This document shows, piece by piece, positions 60,353 to 64,000 of a stretch of DNA of 64,000 nt. Source of the DNA: an uncultured Pseudomonadota bacterium. GTDB lineage: Bacteria; Oederibacteriota; Muellerivitia; Muellerivitales; Muellerivitaceae. The DNA lies in the NCBI GenBank assembly GCA_963836235.1, contig CAWIIP010000002.1, forward strand, positions 1,312,001 to 1,376,000. Reading direction: 5' to 3'. Below the pieces are notes generated by a model. That model made no database searches. It was not told the DNA's origin and saw nothing but the letters and a program-made list of their open reading frames with translations. Made by a program: the position numbers and the translations under genes. Each line of letters begins with the position of its first letter. The first letter of the stretch is position 1.

Positions 60353-61205
60353 GAGCGCCCTCGAACCGAGGGACCTGGACATCCTGGCTTACATCCATTC
60401 CAACAAATTCATCACCACCCGGCTCTTTCACCGGAAGTTCCATCCGGCCCAATGCTATACGACCGCCTGTGTCCACCTTAGGAGCCTGGTCAGCCGGGGA
60501 TGGCTCCTCAAAACCCAAAACCTCCCGAACGACGACACCTTTCATTACCTGTCCCGCCCCGCCCTGAAGAACCTTTCGGATCTTGCCCGAATCCTTACCT
60601 CCAAGGAAATCCGCTCCCCCCATATCAATCCCTTTGAGAGGGAGCACGACAAGCGGGTTATTCAAATGCGCGTCCATTGGGAGATGGACAAGGCTTTGGA
60701 GGGGTTGGTTTGGCTGTCCGACTACGAGATGCGGTGCGGCCTCAAGATGTCCTGGAAGAAGGCCTTGGAGGAAGGGCGAGGGTGGGACTTGGCCGGGACC
60801 AAGCTTCAAAGGCTGAACCGCCGGACCCCGGACGGGTACTTTGAGGCCGCCTTGGAAGGCAGGCCCCAAGCCTTCGTCTTGGAGTACGAGCACTCCCCCT
60901 ACAACCGGGACCAGATGACGGCTTTGGTCCTGAACCTCAACAAGGACTTCCCGGAGGCCTGCCGGTTGATCGTCAGCCAAAACAAGACCCAGGCCGTAAG
61001 GCTGGTGCAGGGGCTTTCCACCTTCCTGAAACACGACCTCCGGAACCGGAACCTTTGGGCTTTTTCCTTTTTCGAAAAGGCGGCGAACCTGCCCTTTAGG
61101 CGGGTGCCTTGGGTGAACCTGGAATGGGAATACCTTCCCTTCGTGAAGGACCCCATCCTGAAGACGGCCCCAGCGGAGGAAAAGACAAAGGAGGTGGCGT
61201 CATGA
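60336..61205 (+). CDS. Replication-relaxation family protein (wHTH plus PD-(D/E)xK)
   Basis: RDLDIL wHTH, EHD, TPDGYF..LEYE; follows T4CP remnant. Confidence 0.72.
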   Translation: MKMRPESALEPRDLDILAYIHSNKFITTRLFHRKFHPAQCYTTACVHLRSLVSRGWLLKTQNLPNDDTFHYLSRPALKNLSDLARILTSKEIRSPHINPFEREHDKRVIQMRVHWEMDKALEGLVWLSDYEMRCGLKMSWKKALEEGRGWDLAGTKLQRLNRRTPDGYFEAALEGRPQAFVLEYEHSPYNRDQMTALVLNLNKDFPEACRLIVSQNKTQAVRLVQGLSTFLKHDLRNRNLWAFSFFEKAANLPFRRVPWVNLEWEYLPFVKDPILKTAPAEEKTKEVAS

Positions 61206-61587
61206 ACTGTAAGCGGACCCATAAACAGCTTATGGCGAAAATCCACGGAAACGCCCGCGAAAACCAGGGGTTCGCCTGTCTTGCGACGCCAGACCCCACT
61301 CCCCCTGGATCAAGTTCAGATCGCAGGAAAGCGGTAGTGGGGTCTGGCCTCTTAGACAGACTCACCCCTAAAAGCGCGGGCGCGAAGGATGAAGAAGAAT
61401 TAAAGAATTTAAGGATTAAGACGAAAGACAAAGTCAAAGGCAACGGCAAAACCAACACCGTGGAAAACCCCCCGAACAACCTGTTGGTAATGAAACAGGT
61501 TATGGACGCGGGGTTTTCCACACCTTTCCCCGAAGGTGGCCCCTTTGGGGCCTGTTATTTTTTAAACCTTATAAGCGGAGGTAAACC

Positions 61588-61845
61588 TTGGTAGATCGTA
61601 GGAAGAATGTAGAACGGCGGAATTATTTAATGTCGGATAAGGATATCGCTGAATGGGCCGGGGTTTCTCCCAATACGGTCCGTTACTGGCGGCAAACGGG
61701 TGTCTTGCCTTTCGAGAAGGTCGGCAAATACCCTAGGGTTTGGTATTCCGTGCTCCTTCAAATTTTTCAAAAAGCCAGTCCACATTTAGCGGGTGCCGCT
61801 GATACAATACCTCTTGCTGATGGGGACATTAGGAGGCAGTCATGA
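61588..61845 (+). CDS. Excisionase-like HTH protein
   Basis: IAEWAGVSPNTVRYWRQTGVLP..KVG; ATGA overlap with integrase. Confidence 0.8.
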   Translation: MVDRRKNVERRNYLMSDKDIAEWAGVSPNTVRYWRQTGVLPFEKVGKYPRVWYSVLLQIFQKASPHLAGAADTIPLADGDIRRQS

Positions 61846-62942
61846 GTAAACCTAATGTCTATGGATTGCCCCAACATCTCCGCAAGGACGACAAGGGGTA
61901 TTTTTTGGATTATTTCATCCGGGAAGGAGGATTGCGGAAGCGCAAAAGGGTCCGGTTGGGCCAGATTCCGGCGGTCCAAGCTAAAAGGGTTCTAGCCCAA
62001 AAAATGCAGGCTATCGTTGAGCAAAAGTATTTTGACAGCGACAAGCCCCAAACCACCTTCCTGGAAGCGGCGGATTCCTTCCTGGCCTATTCCAAGGCCC
62101 GGAAAAAAACTTTTAGGAACGACGCCCAGATAGTGGAAAGGCTGAAAGTCTACTTTGGAACCCGGCCCTTGGAGAGCTTAACGGTGGACTTGGTGGACGC
62201 CTACCTGATTCAAAGGCGGCAACAAGGAAGCCAAGTTAAGCCGGGCAAGACCTTAAAGAACGCGACCCTCAACCGGGACGTTGCCTGCCTGAAAACCATC
62301 GTGAGCCGGGCGGTTTTGAACAGGCAGTTGGACCGTGACCCGATTGTGGGGCTTCAACGCTTTAAGGAACAATCCAGGGACAGGACTTTGACCCCCGAGG
62401 AGTACCAGGCTTTGCTGGCCTGCTGCCCTCCCCACTTGCATAGGATCGTGGAACTGGCTTATTGGACCGCGATGAGGCGGGGGGAAATCTTGGGTTTACG
62501 TTGGGATCAGGTGGATTTTAAAAACGGGGTCATCACCCTGGAAGCCACCGACACCAAAACCCAGGAAAAGCGGGAAATACCGTTGAACGAAAGGCTAGTT
62601 GCCCTATTTCAACGGATACCCAGGACTCTTGGAAGCCCTTACGTGTTTTTCTACCAAGGAAAGCGTGTAAAAGACCCCAGGAATGGTTTTGCGACCGCGT
62701 GCCGGAAAGCGGGAATCGAGAATTTCAGGTTCCACGATCTGAGGCATTGCGCGGTGACGAACTTCCGCAAGGCCGGGGTCAGCGATACGGTAATCATGTC
62801 CATATCGGGCCATAAGACCTACGCGGTCTTTAAGCGTTATGACCGGGTGGATCGTGAGGACCGGAAAGCCGCTTTGAACCGGGTAGCCGGTTTGAATGAC
62901 ACGGTTATGACACGGACCACGAAACAGGAAGTCCAAGCTTAA
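61842..62942 (+). CDS. Tyrosine recombinase / phage-type integrase
   Basis: AMRRGEILGL, K, FHDLRH, SGHKT..Y. Confidence 0.95.
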   Translation: MSKPNVYGLPQHLRKDDKGYFLDYFIREGGLRKRKRVRLGQIPAVQAKRVLAQKMQAIVEQKYFDSDKPQTTFLEAADSFLAYSKARKKTFRNDAQIVERLKVYFGTRPLESLTVDLVDAYLIQRRQQGSQVKPGKTLKNATLNRDVACLKTIVSRAVLNRQLDRDPIVGLQRFKEQSRDRTLTPEEYQALLACCPPHLHRIVELAYWTAMRRGEILGLRWDQVDFKNGVITLEATDTKTQEKREIPLNERLVALFQRIPRTLGSPYVFFYQGKRVKDPRNGFATACRKAGIENFRFHDLRHCAVTNFRKAGVSDTVIMSISGHKTYAVFKRYDRVDREDRKAALNRVAGLNDTVMTRTTKQEVQA

Positions 62943-62990
62943 AGAGAAAAGTTGTAATCCCCTTTTCAACAAAGGGGTTTGGCATGACCC

Positions 62991-63080
62991 GGAGAGGTGG
63001 CAGAGTGGTCGAATGCGTCTGACTCGAAATCAGATTTACGAGCAATCGTAACGGGGGTTCGAATCCCTCTCTCTCCGCCA
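62991..63080 (+). tRNA. tRNA-Ser(CGA)
   Basis: 90-nt cloverleaf, anticodon CGA 63025-63027, long variable arm, TTCGAAT loop, encoded CCA. Confidence 0.96.
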
Positions 63081-64000
63081 TATTTTATTTTCCGCCTCTA
63101 ACCGCGACTTTTTCCTTATGCCAGTAGGGATTTGCGAGTTCGAGAGCGCAATAAGGCTAAATGGACTTTCGAACTCTATTGTTAGGGTTCTGTGTTTCCA
63201 ATGCGCTTTGGCCCATATCAGTCTCAAGAACTTTTGGCGTTCAAAACCTTCCAACTTCAGAAATATCTCCTTCGCATTCGATGCCACTTCCAACAATCGC
63301 ACTCCCGATTCAAGGTAGTTCTGGTTCGCGTTCCCAAGGCGTTTAATATCCCCGGCGATCCTTTGCTGTCTTTCCCGCAACTCCTTTGTCTTCCTTTCAT
63401 ATTGGAACACGTCTATGTGCCCACTTAGCCTGTCCTCGTAAACCGTGTCGATCTTGGTCTGCACTTCCTTAAACTCCCCATTTAAACGGTCTAAGGCTAC
63501 ATTGTGGAACTCCTTCTCGTCCTGATGGGATTCCAGAAGGGCTTTTGTCATTGTCTTCAACTGTTCCGGCTTGATGTATAGCTGTTCCAGTTCCTTTGCG
63601 ATCATCTGGGTTAAATCTTCCTGCTTTACATAGGGCTCGTAGCAATAACCCCTTGAGTTCGTGCAATGATAATAAATGTATCTGCCCTTCTTCTTCGCCT
63701 CTGCCACAATCGCACAACCGCAATGACCGCATTTAATAATCCCACTTGAATAGGGGAACCTATACCTGGCTTGGGCCTTATTGATTCTCCTCCCATCCAG
63801 AATTTTCTGAACCCGTTCCCATATCTCAAATGGAACAAGGCCTTCATGCGTCCCCTTAAAGGTCTTCCCCGCATAGTCGAAGTCACCGGTATATATTCGG
63901 TTACGAAGCATTTTGTGAATTGATGCAGTAAGCAGCGATTTCCCACTCTTTCGGAAAACCAACCCAGAATCGTTGAACTTCTTGGCAATCATCTTTACCG
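63036..64000 (-). CDS. Large serine recombinase (5' end outside window)
   Basis: LRNRIYTG recombinase domain, CGHCG..YYHC..C zinc ribbon, coiled coil; frame open to window end. Confidence 0.88.
   Translation of the reverse strand, partial: VKMIAKKFNDSGLVFRKSGKSLLTASIHKMLRNRIYTGDFDYAGKTFKGTHEGLVPFEIWERVQKILDGRRINKAQARYRFPYSSGIIKCGHCGCAIVAEAKKKGRYIYYHCTNSRGYCYEPYVKQEDLTQMIAKELEQLYIKPEQLKTMTKALLESHQDEKEFHNVALDRLNGEFKEVQTKIDTVYEDRLSGHIDVFQYERKTKELRERQQRIAGDIKRLGNANQNYLESGVRLLEVASNAKEIFLKLEGFERQKFLRLIWAKAHWKHRTLTIEFESPFSLIALSNSQIPTGIRKKSRLEAENKIWRRERDSNPRYDCS

Larger units (their letters stand above)
43085..63031. mobile_element. ~19.9-kb tyrosine-integrase genomic island in tRNA-Ser(CGA)
   Basis: Flanking 41-bp direct repeat, xis-int at right end, TGACAC arm repeats at both ends, accessory cargo. 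Confidence 0.9.

Noticed and set aside
61109-61594. 161-aa ORF as a real gene
   Set aside because: Overlaps the relaxase-like gene, has no recognisable motifs and spans long inverted repeats more consistent with a cis-acting site
43085-63031. Prophage
   Set aside because: No capsid, terminase, tail or lysis genes; the backbone is T4CP/relaxase-type

Overview
Bacterial (diderm) chromosome segment. Positions 1-43,000 are mostly core and envelope genes: ExbB/TolQ, a TolC-RND pump with TetR and an ECF sigma pair, a TatT-type TRAP transporter, pncB/pncA, an ssu-like ABC importer, lipA, mscL, trmL, mprF and pdxH. This part also holds two adjacent nonsense-disrupted genes and a tandem-domain AdoMetDC-like protein. 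From 43,085 to 63,031 lies a ~19.9-kb tyrosine-integrase island that entered tRNA-Ser(CGA) and duplicated its 5' half rather than the usual 3' end, so the intact tRNA at 62,991-63,080 appears to start with island-supplied sequence. The island carries a Crp/Fnr-controlled NO-detoxification cluster (qNor, Ric, two hemerythrins, three GTGA-N6-TCAC boxes), two Fic genes with repeat arrays and a second internal copy of its own left end. It also carries a family of palindromic repeats, an AT-rich three-gene cassette (TIGR04255-like, unknown, ART-like toxin) that is the best candidate for an undescribed TA/defence system, DUF2971, and a decayed T4CP-relaxase-xis-int backbone. A large serine recombinase overlapping the 3' end of the same tRNA suggests a second element begins there. 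All family calls come from motif recognition by eye; no database search was run.
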